Below are positions 18,186 through 27,217 of a DNA stretch of 64,000 bases, piece by piece. A model generated the notes under the pieces. It was given only the letters and a program-made list of their open reading frames with translations, searched no databases and was not told where the DNA came from. The translations under genes and the position numbers were made by a program. Position 1 is the first letter of the stretch, and each line of letters begins with the position of its first letter. Source of the stretch: Planctomycetota bacterium (GTDB taxonomy: Bacteria; Planctomycetota; UBA1135; UBA2386). Location: NCBI GenBank assembly GCA_020638735.1, contig JACKHZ010000009.1, forward strand, positions 442,505 to 506,504, written 5' to 3'.

Positions 18186-19727
18186 GTGGACCACGCGACG
18201 ATCACCATCGGCTGCGGCCTCGTGCAGGGCGTCGACGCGGTGCCGGTGCAGATCGAGGCGACGACCCGCAGCGCCGGCGACGGCACGCCGCGGCTGCTCG
18301 GGCTCGTCGACGCCTGCGTGCGCGAGGCCTACCACCGCGTGCTGCAGGCGTTCTTCGCGCTCGACCTGCCGTCGCCGCGCGGCGTCACCACCGTCAACTT
18401 CGCGCCGGCCTCGCTGAAGAAACACGGCAGCGGCTTCGACCTGCCGCTGGCGCTCGCGCTGGCCGGCGCCGCCGGCCTGTTCGCGCCGGAGCGGGCGCAG
18501 GGACTGTTCGCGTTCGGCGAGGTCAGCCTGCGCGGCCGCATCCTGCCGGCGCGCGGCGCGGTCAGCGTCGCGTTGGCGGCGCGGCAGCGCAGCGCGCGGG
18601 CGATGCTGTGCGGCGGCGACGACGCCGCGGCGTGCGCCGTGGTCGAGGGCCTGCCGTTGTTCGGCGCCGAGACGATCGCCGACGCGATCTACTGGCTGGC
18701 GGGGCGTCGCGAACTGCCGCCGCCCCCGCCGACGGCGGCGCCGCCCGCCCCGCCCCTGCCCGACCTGGGTGACCTGCGCGGCCACAGCACGCCGAAGCTC
18801 GCGGTCGCCGTCGCGGCCGCCGGCGGTCACAACCTGCTGCTGACCGGCCCGCCGGGCACCGGCAAGAGCGCGCTGCTGCGCCGCATACCCGGCGTGCTGC
18901 CGCCGATGACCGCTGACGAACGGCTCGGGGTGCTGCAGGTGCACGCCGCCGCCGGGCTGCCGCTGCCGCCGGGCGGGCGCCGACCGCTGCGCGCCCCGCA
19001 CCACACCAGCTCGGCCGCCAGCGTGCTGGGTGGCGGCGCCGACGTACGGCCCGGCGAGGTCACGCTGGCGCACTGCGGCGTGCTGTTCCTCGACGAGCTG
19101 CCGGAGTTCCGCCGCGACGTGCTCGAGGCGCTGCGCCAACCGCTCGAGGACGGCGTCGTCAGCGTCGGTCGGGCGCGCCAGACCGTGACGATGCCGGCGC
19201 AGTTCCTGCTGACCGCGGCGATGAACCCGTGCCCGTGCGGCTACCGCGGACACCGTACGCGGCCGTGCAACTGCACGCCGGCGGCCGTCGCCCGCTACCG
19301 CGGGCGGCTGTCCGGGCCGCTGTTGGATCGGCTCGACCTGCGCGTCGAGGTGCCTGTGCTGCTGCCCGAGGAGCTGCGGCAACCGGTCGATCCCGACGGC
19401 ACGACGAAGGCGCTACGCGAGAGGGTGCTGCTCGCGCACCAGCGCCAGCTGGCGCGGCAGCAGCGCTCCGGCACGACGCTGACCTTCACGCCGAACGGCC
19501 GCCTCGCCGACGCGGCGCTGCTCGCCGCCTGCGACGCCGACCACGCGGCGCTCTCGGCGCTCGACGACGTGCTGCGCCGCCACCACCAATCGCCGCGCGG
19601 CCGCGTGCGCCTGCTGCGCATCGCCCGCACGCTCGCCGACCTCGACGACCGCCCGGCGGTGGACGATGCACACGTGCTGCAGGCCGCCGCGCTGCGCGGC
19701 TTGGACCTCATGGGAGCGATGCGATGA
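18186..19727 (+). CDS. comM: YifB/ComM family Mg-chelatase-like AAA+ ATPase
   Basis: Lon-protease-like N-domain (LKKHGSGFDLPLALALA). Walker A LLLTGPPGTGKSAL. GVLFLDELPEF. Cys cluster NPCPCGYRGHRTRPCNC. Confidence 0.9.
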   Translation: MDHATITIGCGLVQGVDAVPVQIEATTRSAGDGTPRLLGLVDACVREAYHRVLQAFFALDLPSPRGVTTVNFAPASLKKHGSGFDLPLALALAGAAGLFAPERAQGLFAFGEVSLRGRILPARGAVSVALAARQRSARAMLCGGDDAAACAVVEGLPLFGAETIADAIYWLAGRRELPPPPPTAAPPAPPLPDLGDLRGHSTPKLAVAVAAAGGHNLLLTGPPGTGKSALLRRIPGVLPPMTADERLGVLQVHAAAGLPLPPGGRRPLRAPHHTSSAASVLGGGADVRPGEVTLAHCGVLFLDELPEFRRDVLEALRQPLEDGVVSVGRARQTVTMPAQFLLTAAMNPCPCGYRGHRTRPCNCTPAAVARYRGRLSGPLLDRLDLRVEVPVLLPEELRQPVDPDGTTKALRERVLLAHQRQLARQQRSGTTLTFTPNGRLADAALLAACDADHAALSALDDVLRRHHQSPRGRVRLLRIARTLADLDDRPAVDDAHVLQAAALRGLDLMGAMR

Positions 19728-19744
19728 ACCCGGTCCAGGCCCGC

Positions 19745-20434
19745 TCAATCCGGCGGATGGAAGTGCGGCGAACGGCTGCGCGCCCAGCGCAGCTTGACGA
19801 ACAAGAGGCCGAGGCCGACCGGCAGCACACCGAGCAGCGCCAACATCACGTTCGGCTGCTCGCCGGCCAGCAGCAGGTCGTAGCCGCCGTGCAGCGCCAC
19901 GGCGACGCAGAACCCGCCCACCACCCAGAGACCCCGCCGCACGCCGCGCGCGTCGAGCTTGGCCACCGCGAACGCGCCGCCGAGCAGGCCGGTGCAGACG
20001 GTGTGCAGCAGCGTCGCGGTGAACACCCGCTGCAGCGCCAGCGCGACGTCGCCGGTCGGCCCACAGAACAGCACGTTCTCGCAGGCGGCGAAGCCGAGCC
20101 CGACCGCGGAGCCGTAGACGACCCCGTCGATCGGTTCGTCGCATTCACGGTGGCGCAGCAGCGGCAGAAGCGCGACCAGCTTGCAGAGCTCCTCGAGCAG
20201 CGCGGTGACGACGAAGGCGTCGAGCGCCGCGCCGCGCGCGCCCGCGGCGCTGCCGGCCCACGCCTCGAGCCACGGCCGCAGCCACAGCACCAGCCACGGC
20301 GCGGCGGCGCCGAGCAACACGGCGAGCGCTACCAGGCTCCACGGTTCGCGCTCGTGGTCGTCGTGGCGCAGCACGGCGTCGAGCCAGAACAGGCACGGCG
20401 CGACCGCGAGCAGCACGGCGAGCAACTGCGACAC
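19745..20434 (-). CDS. PrsW-family intramembrane metalloprotease
   Basis: Multi-pass membrane protein with EELCK (EExxK), GLGFAACEN and LH motifs typical of PrsW. Confidence 0.75.
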   Translation of the reverse strand: MSQLLAVLLAVAPCLFWLDAVLRHDDHEREPWSLVALAVLLGAAAPWLVLWLRPWLEAWAGSAAGARGAALDAFVVTALLEELCKLVALLPLLRHRECDEPIDGVVYGSAVGLGFAACENVLFCGPTGDVALALQRVFTATLLHTVCTGLLGGAFAVAKLDARGVRRGLWVVGGFCVAVALHGGYDLLLAGEQPNVMLALLGVLPVGLGLLFVKLRWARSRSPHFHPPD

Positions 20435-20496
20435 GGCGACAACGATGGCGGGGCGACGGGTCGTACGCGAGGGGCAACCGCTAGACTCGGCGAGCG

Positions 20497-20982
20497 ATGG
20501 ACGAACACCGGAAGCTGCACGAGTTCTTCATGCGTTCGGCGATCACGCTCGCCGAGGTCGGCCTCTTTCGGGGCGACGGCGGCCCGTTCGGCTGCATCAT
20601 CACGCGCGGCGAGCGGGTCGTCGGTAGCGGGACCAATCAGGTCACATCGACCAACGACCCGACCGCCCACGCCGAGGTCGTCGCGATCCGCAGCGCCTGC
20701 CAGACGCTCGGCACGTTCGCGCTGCACGGCTGCGTGCTCTACAGCACCTGCGAGCCGTGCCCGATGTGCTTCGCCGCGGCGCACTGGGCCCGCGTCGAGG
20801 CGATCTGGTTCGGCAGCAGCCGCGACGACGCCGCGGCGATCGGTTTCGACGACGCGCTGCTGTACCAGCAGATCGCGCTGCCGAACACCGAACGCGCGCT
20901 GCCGATGCACCAGATCCTGCGCGACGAGGCGCAGCGCCCGTTCGCCGCCTGGCAGGCGATGCCCGACAAGACGCCGTACTGA
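20497..20982 (+). CDS. guaD: Guanine deaminase-like CDA-fold nucleoside deaminase
   Basis: GGPFGCIITRG...NDPTAHAEVVAIR...CVLYSTCEPCPMC...AAAIGFDD is near-collinear with Bacillus GuaD as I recall it (HAE and PCxxC zinc motifs). Confidence 0.8.
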   Translation: MDEHRKLHEFFMRSAITLAEVGLFRGDGGPFGCIITRGERVVGSGTNQVTSTNDPTAHAEVVAIRSACQTLGTFALHGCVLYSTCEPCPMCFAAAHWARVEAIWFGSSRDDAAAIGFDDALLYQQIALPNTERALPMHQILRDEAQRPFAAWQAMPDKTPY

Positions 20983-21021
20983 AGGCGCTCGCCGCCGCCG
21001 TCCGCGCTACCCTGACGCCCC

Positions 21022-23703
21022 ATGCCGCAGCCGCACAAGTCCTTCGTCCTGGCCGCATCCCTGTGCGCGACCGTCGCAGCTTCGCAGCAGTCCGCGGCAC
21101 AAGAGCCCACGGCCGAACAACCGATCGCCGTGCCGGTCGAGGCGCTGCACGCCCCGGACGGCCTCGAGGTCACGCTGTGGGCCAGCTCGCCGCAGCTGCT
21201 CAACCCGACCAACCTCGACATCGACCAGCACGGGCGCGTCTGGGTCACCGAGGGCGTCGACTACCGCGGCAAGGAACACCGCCGCCCCGACGGCGACCGC
21301 GTCGTCGTGCTGATCGACGAGGACGGCGACGGGCGCTGCGACACGTCGAAGGTGTTCGTTCAGGAACCGGCGCTGGTGTCGCCGCTCGGCATCGCCGTGT
21401 TCGACAACGTCGTCGTCGTCTCGCAGCCGCCGGACCTGATCGTCTACACCGATGTCGACCGCGACCTGCGCTTCGACCCAGCCGTCGACACGCGCGAGGT
21501 GCGCCTGACCGGCTTCCAGGGCAGGAACCACGACCACAGCCTGCACTCGGTGACCGCCGGCCCGGACGGCCTGTGGTACTGGAACTCCGGCAACTGCGGC
21601 GCGGTGTTCACCGATCGCTCCGGCAAGACCTTCCGCATCACCAGCGGCTACATGGACCCGCAGGGCGTGGCGGGCCAGCCGAGCGACGACGGCCACGTCT
21701 ACGTCGGCGGCTTCACCGCGCGCATGAACCCCGACGGCAGCGCTGTCGAGGTGATCGGCTTCAACTACCGCAACTGCTACGAGCAGGCGGTGACGTCGTT
21801 CGGCGACGTGTTCCAGAGCGACAACGACGACCCGCCGGCGTGCCGCGTCACCCACGTGCTCGAGTACGGCAACGCCGGCTTCGCGTCGCGCGACGGCCGG
21901 CGCGACTGGCGCGCCGACCAGCGCCGCGGTCAGACCACGCAGGTCGCCGAATGGCGGCAGGAGGACCCGGGCACGATGCCGGCCGGCGACGTCTACGGCG
22001 GCGGCTCGCCGACCGGCGTGGTGTTCTACGAGAACGGCGCGCTCGGGCCGCAGTGGCGCGGGCTCCTGCTGACCTGCGAGCCGGGCCGCAACACGATCTT
22101 CGGCTACCTGCCGCAGCGCCGCGGCGCCAGCTACGCCCTCGAACGCAGCGACTGGCTGACCAGCAACCCCGAACACAAGTTCGTCGGCTCGGACTTCACC
22201 GGCGGCCGCTGGGACGGCGCGCTGGCGACGCAGTTCCGCCCGGCGGACGTCGCGGTCGGCCCTGACGGCGCGATCTACGTCGCCGACTGGTTCGACGGCC
22301 GCGTCGGCGGCCACCAGACGCTCGACGACTCGCTGTCGGGCGCGATCTACCGCATCGCGCCGAAGGGCTTCGTGCCGCACGTGCCCGAGCTCGACCTCGA
22401 CACCGTCGACGGCCAGCTGCAGGCGCTGCAGAGCCCGGCGATCAACGTGCGTCACCTCGGCTTCGTGCGGCTGCGGACAGCGGGTGACGCCGTCTCCGAC
22501 GCGGTGGCAACGCTGCTGCACCACGACGATCCGTTCGTCGCCGCGCGCGCGGTCTGGCTGCTCGCGCAGCTCGGGCCGAACGGTCGCCGACAGCTCAACG
22601 CCTGCCTGACCGACGCCGACGCAGAGCGCCGCCTGACGGCCTTCCGCGCGCTGCGCCGCGCCGGCTCGCCGCTGCTGCCGCTCGCGAGCCGCCTCGCCTC
22701 CGATCCTTCACCGGCAGTGCGCGCCGCGGTCGCGACCGCGCTGCGCGACCAACCCGCCGGCGACGACACCACGTCCGTGCTGGTGCAGTTGGCCGCCGGC
22801 TTCGATGGCGCGGACCGCGCCTACCTCGACGCGTTCGGCATCGGCTGCACCGGCAAGGAAGAAGCGGTCTACCAGGAGCTCGCCAAAGGTGCCGGCGACC
22901 CGACGCAGTGGTCGCCGCGCATGGCGTGGATCGCCTGGCGCCTCGGCGCGCCGGGCTCGGTCGCTGCGCTCACCGCGCGCGCGGGCAGCGCGGAGCTGTC
23001 CACCGACGAACGCCGCCATGCGCTGACCGGCCTCGCGTTCGTGCACACCGCCGCGGCCGCCGAGGCGATGGCGACGCTCGCCGCCGACCCGACGTTCGCG
23101 CTGCGCGCCGACGCGGTCGCGTGGTGCATCGCCCGCATGGGCAACGAGTGGCGCGCGTTCGGCCTCGCCAACCGCCTGCGGGAGAGCGGCGTCTACGACC
23201 CGGCCAAGGTGCAGGTGGTGCCGATCGCGACCCCGACCGCGCCGGACGGAGCCCCCGCCGCGCCGAGCGTCGCCGACGTGCTCGCCTGCAGCGGCGACCC
23301 GACGCGCGGCGCCGTGCGCATGGCGGTCTGCTACACCTGCCACCAGATCGAACGCACCGGCGTCGCCTTCGGCCCCGACCTGACCGCATTCGGCCGCGCG
23401 CAGTCGCGCGAGGCGATCGTACAGGCGATCCTCGAGCCGTCGCAGACCATCAGCCACGGCTTCGAGGGCCGCACCGTCGAGACCGAGCAGGGCAACGTCG
23501 ACGGCATCGTGCACAGCGACGGCGACCCGGTGATCGTGCAGTCACAGGGCGGCGTGGTGCAGATGATCCCGCGCCAGCTGGTGAAGAAGATCCGCCGCCT
23601 CGACCATTCGCTGATGTGGCCGTTCGCGCTGTATGGGCTCGACGCGCAGGGCACAGCCGACGTCGTCGCCTACCTGCAGCAGGCGGGCGCGGCCACCAAG
23701 TGA
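21022..23703 (+). CDS. PVC-type membrane-bound dehydrogenase domain / HEAT repeat / cytochrome c (CxxCH) protein
   Basis: Signal peptide. PDGLEVTLWASSP.LLNPTNLDIDQHGRVWVTE and DRVVVL.D.DGDG are typical of the Planctomycetes/Verrucomicrobia dehydrogenase domain. Central HEAT-like repeats. C-terminal CYTCHQIERTGVAFGPDLT heme-binding domain. Confidence 0.8.
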   Translation: MPQPHKSFVLAASLCATVAASQQSAAQEPTAEQPIAVPVEALHAPDGLEVTLWASSPQLLNPTNLDIDQHGRVWVTEGVDYRGKEHRRPDGDRVVVLIDEDGDGRCDTSKVFVQEPALVSPLGIAVFDNVVVVSQPPDLIVYTDVDRDLRFDPAVDTREVRLTGFQGRNHDHSLHSVTAGPDGLWYWNSGNCGAVFTDRSGKTFRITSGYMDPQGVAGQPSDDGHVYVGGFTARMNPDGSAVEVIGFNYRNCYEQAVTSFGDVFQSDNDDPPACRVTHVLEYGNAGFASRDGRRDWRADQRRGQTTQVAEWRQEDPGTMPAGDVYGGGSPTGVVFYENGALGPQWRGLLLTCEPGRNTIFGYLPQRRGASYALERSDWLTSNPEHKFVGSDFTGGRWDGALATQFRPADVAVGPDGAIYVADWFDGRVGGHQTLDDSLSGAIYRIAPKGFVPHVPELDLDTVDGQLQALQSPAINVRHLGFVRLRTAGDAVSDAVATLLHHDDPFVAARAVWLLAQLGPNGRRQLNACLTDADAERRLTAFRALRRAGSPLLPLASRLASDPSPAVRAAVATALRDQPAGDDTTSVLVQLAAGFDGADRAYLDAFGIGCTGKEEAVYQELAKGAGDPTQWSPRMAWIAWRLGAPGSVAALTARAGSAELSTDERRHALTGLAFVHTAAAAEAMATLAADPTFALRADAVAWCIARMGNEWRAFGLANRLRESGVYDPAKVQVVPIATPTAPDGAPAAPSVADVLACSGDPTRGAVRMAVCYTCHQIERTGVAFGPDLTAFGRAQSREAIVQAILEPSQTISHGFEGRTVETEQGNVDGIVHSDGDPVIVQSQGGVVQMIPRQLVKKIRRLDHSLMWPFALYGLDAQGTADVVAYLQQAGAATK

Positions 23704-23737
23704 GGAGCGCCGGCACCGCCCGCGGGGCCGCCCGCCG

Positions 23738-24600
23738 TCACTCGATGACGTCGAACTCGCCGCCGAGCACGCGATCCAACCGGCCGCTGCGCCAGCCGCG
23801 CACGCGGTCGCGCACCTCCGGCGACGGCACCTCACGGTAGCGGCGCACGATCACCGGCGTCGACGCCGCGGCGGGTTGCAGCGCCGAACGCGCGAGCATC
23901 CGTTCGGCGTCGCCGGTCGCCGGCACCGGCGGCTGCGGCACGACGGTCACCCGCACGCGGCACGGGCGCACGCCGCCGCCGGCGCTGCCAGGGTCGCCGA
24001 GGTCGAACACGTGCAGGCCGTTCTCCAGCCGCAGCAGCGGCCACGCGGCGAAGCCGGTGACCGCCAACAGCGCGCCGCCGTCCGCCACGCCGCCCGCCAC
24101 GCCGCCCGCCGCGCCTCCCGCCGCGCCGCCGCCGCCCTCGAGCTCGCGCCACTGCATGCCGCGGCGCCGCGCCCAGGCCCGATACATGCCGACCAGCCGC
24201 GTAGCGAACGCGCGCGTCGCCGCCGCGTCGCCGTGCACGTCGTGCAGCGGCGCGATCGACAGGTAGGCGTCCTGCGGTTCGTCGTGCTCCACCGCGGCGA
24301 TCGCCAGCTGCAGCAGCAGCGCGCGCGCGGCGCGGTCGCGAACCTCGTCGGCGTTCGGCGCGCCGCGCTGCTGCAGCATGCCGGCGACGCGCTCGTGCGC
24401 GCCCTGCACGGCCTCTTCGATGCGGCTCTTCAGCTCGATCAGACCGAGCACCGCGTGGCGCCCGTCCGAGGTCCAGAAGTCGCGCCCGCCCATCGCCTCG
24501 TAGGCGTCGGCCTTGCGCCGCGTCCACGTCTCCTCGCCGACGCGCTGCAGCAGCTCGTCGAGCTCGCGCTGCACGGCGAGCAGCTCGTCGGCGCTGCCGA
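23738..24600 (-). other. RF2-like domain region (domains 1, 2 and 4 equivalents; catalytic GGQ domain absent)
   Basis: GRDFW resembles the RF2 PDVW/PDFW box. DAYLSIAP....AATRAFATRLVGMYRAWARRRGMQW resembles D.YL.I.AG.GG.EA.DWA.ML.RMY.RWAE..G. GFAAWPLLRLENGLHVFDL resembles G.YAYG.L..E.GVHRLVR. The end IVRRYREVPSPEVRDRVRGWRSGRLDRVLGGEFDVI resembles IR.Y......V.D.R.......VL.G.LD..I. There is no GGQ anywhere in the protein. Confidence 0.55.
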
Positions 24601-27178
24601 CCGCGTCGCGGGCCAGCTCGCGCAGGCCGCGCTGGCACGGCTCGAGCGCCGCCGCCGCGTCGGGCGCGACCTCGGCGTCGGGATCGACGAATTCGACCCG
24701 CACCGCGCGGCCGTCGCTGCGCACGAACAAGAACTGGTCGCCCGCCGGGGTGCAGTCGGTGACGATCGCAGAGGCCAGCGGCGCCAGCACGTGCCGTTCG
24801 ATCGCGCGGCGCAGCGGCCGCGCGCCGAGCGCTTCGCTGTAGCCCTGCTGCAGCAAGAACTGCAGCGCCGATTCGTCCCACTCGACCGCCCACGGCCGCG
24901 AGCGCAGGCCGCGCCGCTGCAGCACGAGGTCGAGCTCCTTCTTCAGCACGTCGCGCAGCGTGTCGCGATCGAGCGCGCGGAACACCACGACCCGGTCGAT
25001 GCGGTTCAGGAACTCGCGGCGGAACACCTCCTCGAGCGCGCGCTGCAGGTCCGGCCCGCCGCCGCCGAACCCGAGGCCGGCGCCCTCGAGGCTCTTGACG
25101 CCGAGGTTGCTGGTCAGGATCACGATCGTGTGGCGGAAGTCGGCGACGCGGCCGCGGCGATCGGTCAGCCGGCCCTCGTCGAACACCTGCAGGAACAGGT
25201 CGAACACCAGCGGGTGCGCCTTCTCGATCTCGTCGAGCAGCACCACCGAGAACGGCTGCTCGCGCACCTCGTGTACCAGCGCGCGGCGGCCGTGCACGTC
25301 GTCGGCGTCGCCGACCAGCCGCGCGATCGACTCGGGCTGCTGGAACTCGCTCATGTCGAGCCGCAGCAGCCGCTGCTCGCTGCCGAACAGGTAGGCCGCC
25401 AGCGCACGGCACAGCTCGGTCTTGCCGGTGCCGGTCGGCCCGGTGAACAGGAACACTCCGACCGGCCGCCGCGGATCGCACAGCCCGGCCTTCAGCATCG
25501 CGATGCGCTCGACGAGGCAGTCGACCGCCTCGGGCTGGCCCATGACCCGCGCCGCGAAGGCGCGCCGCACGCTGTCGAGGTCGAGGCCGTCGCGTTCGTC
25601 GAGCACGACCGGCGGCAGCCCGGTCAGTCGGCTGAGCAGCGCGATGACGTCGTCGAGCGTCGCCGGCCGCGCATTGCCGGCGCCGGCGGTGACGTGTTCG
25701 CGCAGCGCGGCGAGCGTCGACAGCAGGCTGCCGGGTCGCTGCTGGTCGACGACGTGCTGCTGCGCGCGCTGGAACACCTCGGCGAGCACCGCGTCGTCGC
25801 ACCACGGCGCGCCGCCAGCGGCGACGCCGCGCTGCAACCACTCGCGCGCCATCTGCAGCGTCTCCTCCGAGCCAGCCTCCCCGAGCCGCACGGTGACGGT
25901 CGCCTGGCGCAGCAGCGGCGACTGCCGCAGCAGCAGCTCCGCCGCCGCCGAGGTCATCGGCGCCAAGATGCGCAGCTCGCCGCGCACCAGGTGCGGCAGC
26001 AAGAGGTCGAGCAGGCCGGTCGGCGACTGCATCGTTCGGCCCGCGGTCAGGAACTCCGCGAGGTCCGGCGCCACCCACAACACCCGCGGCCGGCCGCCGA
26101 CGGCGCGCACCAGGTCGACGACGCGCTGCTCGAGCTGCCCGATGTAGCTCTGCCCGGCGAGCAGCTGCGTCGCGCCGGCGGTGAACACCGTCCAACCGTC
26201 GGCGCAGAGCTCGCGCGCCAGCCGCTCGGCGAGCACCGACTTGCCGACGCCGCGCGGACCGACCAGCAGCAGCGAGCGCGGCGGGTCGCGGTGCAGCGCG
26301 CGCTGCAGCTCGACGAACGCCTGCTCTTGCGTCGGGCTGCCGAGCGGCAGCCGGAACGACTCGTCGGCGTCGAGCACGGTCGCGAATCCGCGCAGCGCCT
26401 TGAGGTCGACGCCTGCCGCCGAGCGGTCGCCGAGCAGCGTCAGCAGCGCGCGCGCGGCGTCGCTGTCGAGCGGTTCGAGGGTGTCGCGCAGCCAACCGAC
26501 GTGGGCCTCGTCGAGACCGGTGAAGCGCCGGCGCACGGCCGGCTGCTGCAGCAGCTCGGCGTCGAGCCGTTCGCGCACGTAGCCGCGCAGCAGATCCCGC
26601 CCCATCGCCGAGCCCCACGAACCGTTGCTGGCCAGCAGCACCGCGATCGCGGTGTCGGGGGCGGCGCTGCGGGCGATGGTGCGCAGCAGGAACGTACGGG
26701 CGTAGATGCTGATGCCGTCCAGGCGCGGCACGAGTTCGTGTTCGCGCCCCTGCAGTTCGGCGCGGTGCTCGGTCGCGGCGGCGGCGGCGCAGGCCAGCGC
26801 CGAGTTGTCACCGACCAGGTAGCCGAACAGATCGTCGAGCGGCAGCGCGTCGCCGGACAGAAGCTCGACGGCGCGCGCGAACGACGGCTGGGTGCGCAGG
26901 TCGTCGGGGTGCGCGATCACCTCGTAGACGTCGTTGAGCTCGCGGGCGAGCTGCAGCAGCTGCTCGCGCGTCGCCCCGGACGAGGCCGCCGTCGCGTTCG
27001 CGGCAGCAGCGGGCGTTCCCGGCGCGCGCGACGCATCACGTTGCGACGCATCGAGGCGCGACGCATCGGGTCGCGGTGTCTCGCGACGCGGCGCCGCCGC
27101 GGCGAGGCCCTTCTTCTCCCCGAGCAGGAACCCGACGTAGCCGGCGAGGCCGGCCGCTGGCACGATCCACCACGACAT
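23738..27178 (-). CDS. Membrane-anchored double AAA+ (ClpA/B-like) ATPase fused to a GGQ-less release-factor-2-like C-terminal region
   Basis: N-terminal TM helix (WWIVPAAGLAGYVGFLL). AAA-1: LLLVGPRGVGKSVLAERLA, with weak Walker B VLWVAPDLAEF. AAA-2: FLFTGPTGTGKTELCRALA, VVLLDEIEKAHP, ARPLRRAIE. The C-terminal ~290 aa is PCRF/RF-like (see separate feature). Confidence 0.8.
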   Translation of the reverse strand: MSWWIVPAAGLAGYVGFLLGEKKGLAAAAPRRETPRPDASRLDASQRDASRAPGTPAAAANATAASSGATREQLLQLARELNDVYEVIAHPDDLRTQPSFARAVELLSGDALPLDDLFGYLVGDNSALACAAAAATEHRAELQGREHELVPRLDGISIYARTFLLRTIARSAAPDTAIAVLLASNGSWGSAMGRDLLRGYVRERLDAELLQQPAVRRRFTGLDEAHVGWLRDTLEPLDSDAARALLTLLGDRSAAGVDLKALRGFATVLDADESFRLPLGSPTQEQAFVELQRALHRDPPRSLLLVGPRGVGKSVLAERLARELCADGWTVFTAGATQLLAGQSYIGQLEQRVVDLVRAVGGRPRVLWVAPDLAEFLTAGRTMQSPTGLLDLLLPHLVRGELRILAPMTSAAAELLLRQSPLLRQATVTVRLGEAGSEETLQMAREWLQRGVAAGGAPWCDDAVLAEVFQRAQQHVVDQQRPGSLLSTLAALREHVTAGAGNARPATLDDVIALLSRLTGLPPVVLDERDGLDLDSVRRAFAARVMGQPEAVDCLVERIAMLKAGLCDPRRPVGVFLFTGPTGTGKTELCRALAAYLFGSEQRLLRLDMSEFQQPESIARLVGDADDVHGRRALVHEVREQPFSVVLLDEIEKAHPLVFDLFLQVFDEGRLTDRRGRVADFRHTIVILTSNLGVKSLEGAGLGFGGGGPDLQRALEEVFRREFLNRIDRVVVFRALDRDTLRDVLKKELDLVLQRRGLRSRPWAVEWDESALQFLLQQGYSEALGARPLRRAIERHVLAPLASAIVTDCTPAGDQFLFVRSDGRAVRVEFVDPDAEVAPDAAAALEPCQRGLRELARDAVGSADELLAVQRELDELLQRVGEETWTRRKADAYEAMGGRDFWTSDGRHAVLGLIELKSRIEEAVQGAHERVAGMLQQRGAPNADEVRDRAARALLLQLAIAAVEHDEPQDAYLSIAPLHDVHGDAAATRAFATRLVGMYRAWARRRGMQWRELEGGGGAAGGAAGGVAGGVADGGALLAVTGFAAWPLLRLENGLHVFDLGDPGSAGGGVRPCRVRVTVVPQPPVPATGDAERMLARSALQPAAASTPVIVRRYREVPSPEVRDRVRGWRSGRLDRVLGGEFDVIE
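24076..24137. repeat. Imperfect ~12-nt GC-rich tandem repeat encoding a Gly/Ala tract
   Basis: The DNA reads ...cgccacgccgcc cgccacgccgcc cgccgcgcctcc cgccgcgccgcc gccgcc... On the minus strand it encodes GGGGAAGGAAGGVAGGVADGG, inserted within the RF-like domain. Confidence 0.5.
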
Positions 27179-27217
27179 CGGCGCATCGTGGCGCGGCGCG
27201 CGGCGCGACGGAAGCGC

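Noticed and set aside
24076-24137. GC-rich short tandem repeats (also at 44945-44965 and 1773-1826) considered as CRISPR or mobile-element signatures
   Set aside because: The units are 3-18 bp, directly adjacent without spacers, and lie in-frame inside coding regions. No cas, transposase or integrase genes are present.
23738-24600. prfB-style programmed +1 frameshift or a hidden GGQ exon in the RF-like region
   Set aside because: The reading frame is continuous from the AAA+ domains to the stop. No GGQ is encoded in any frame that I could see adjoining this segment. The catalytic domain appears to be genuinely missing.
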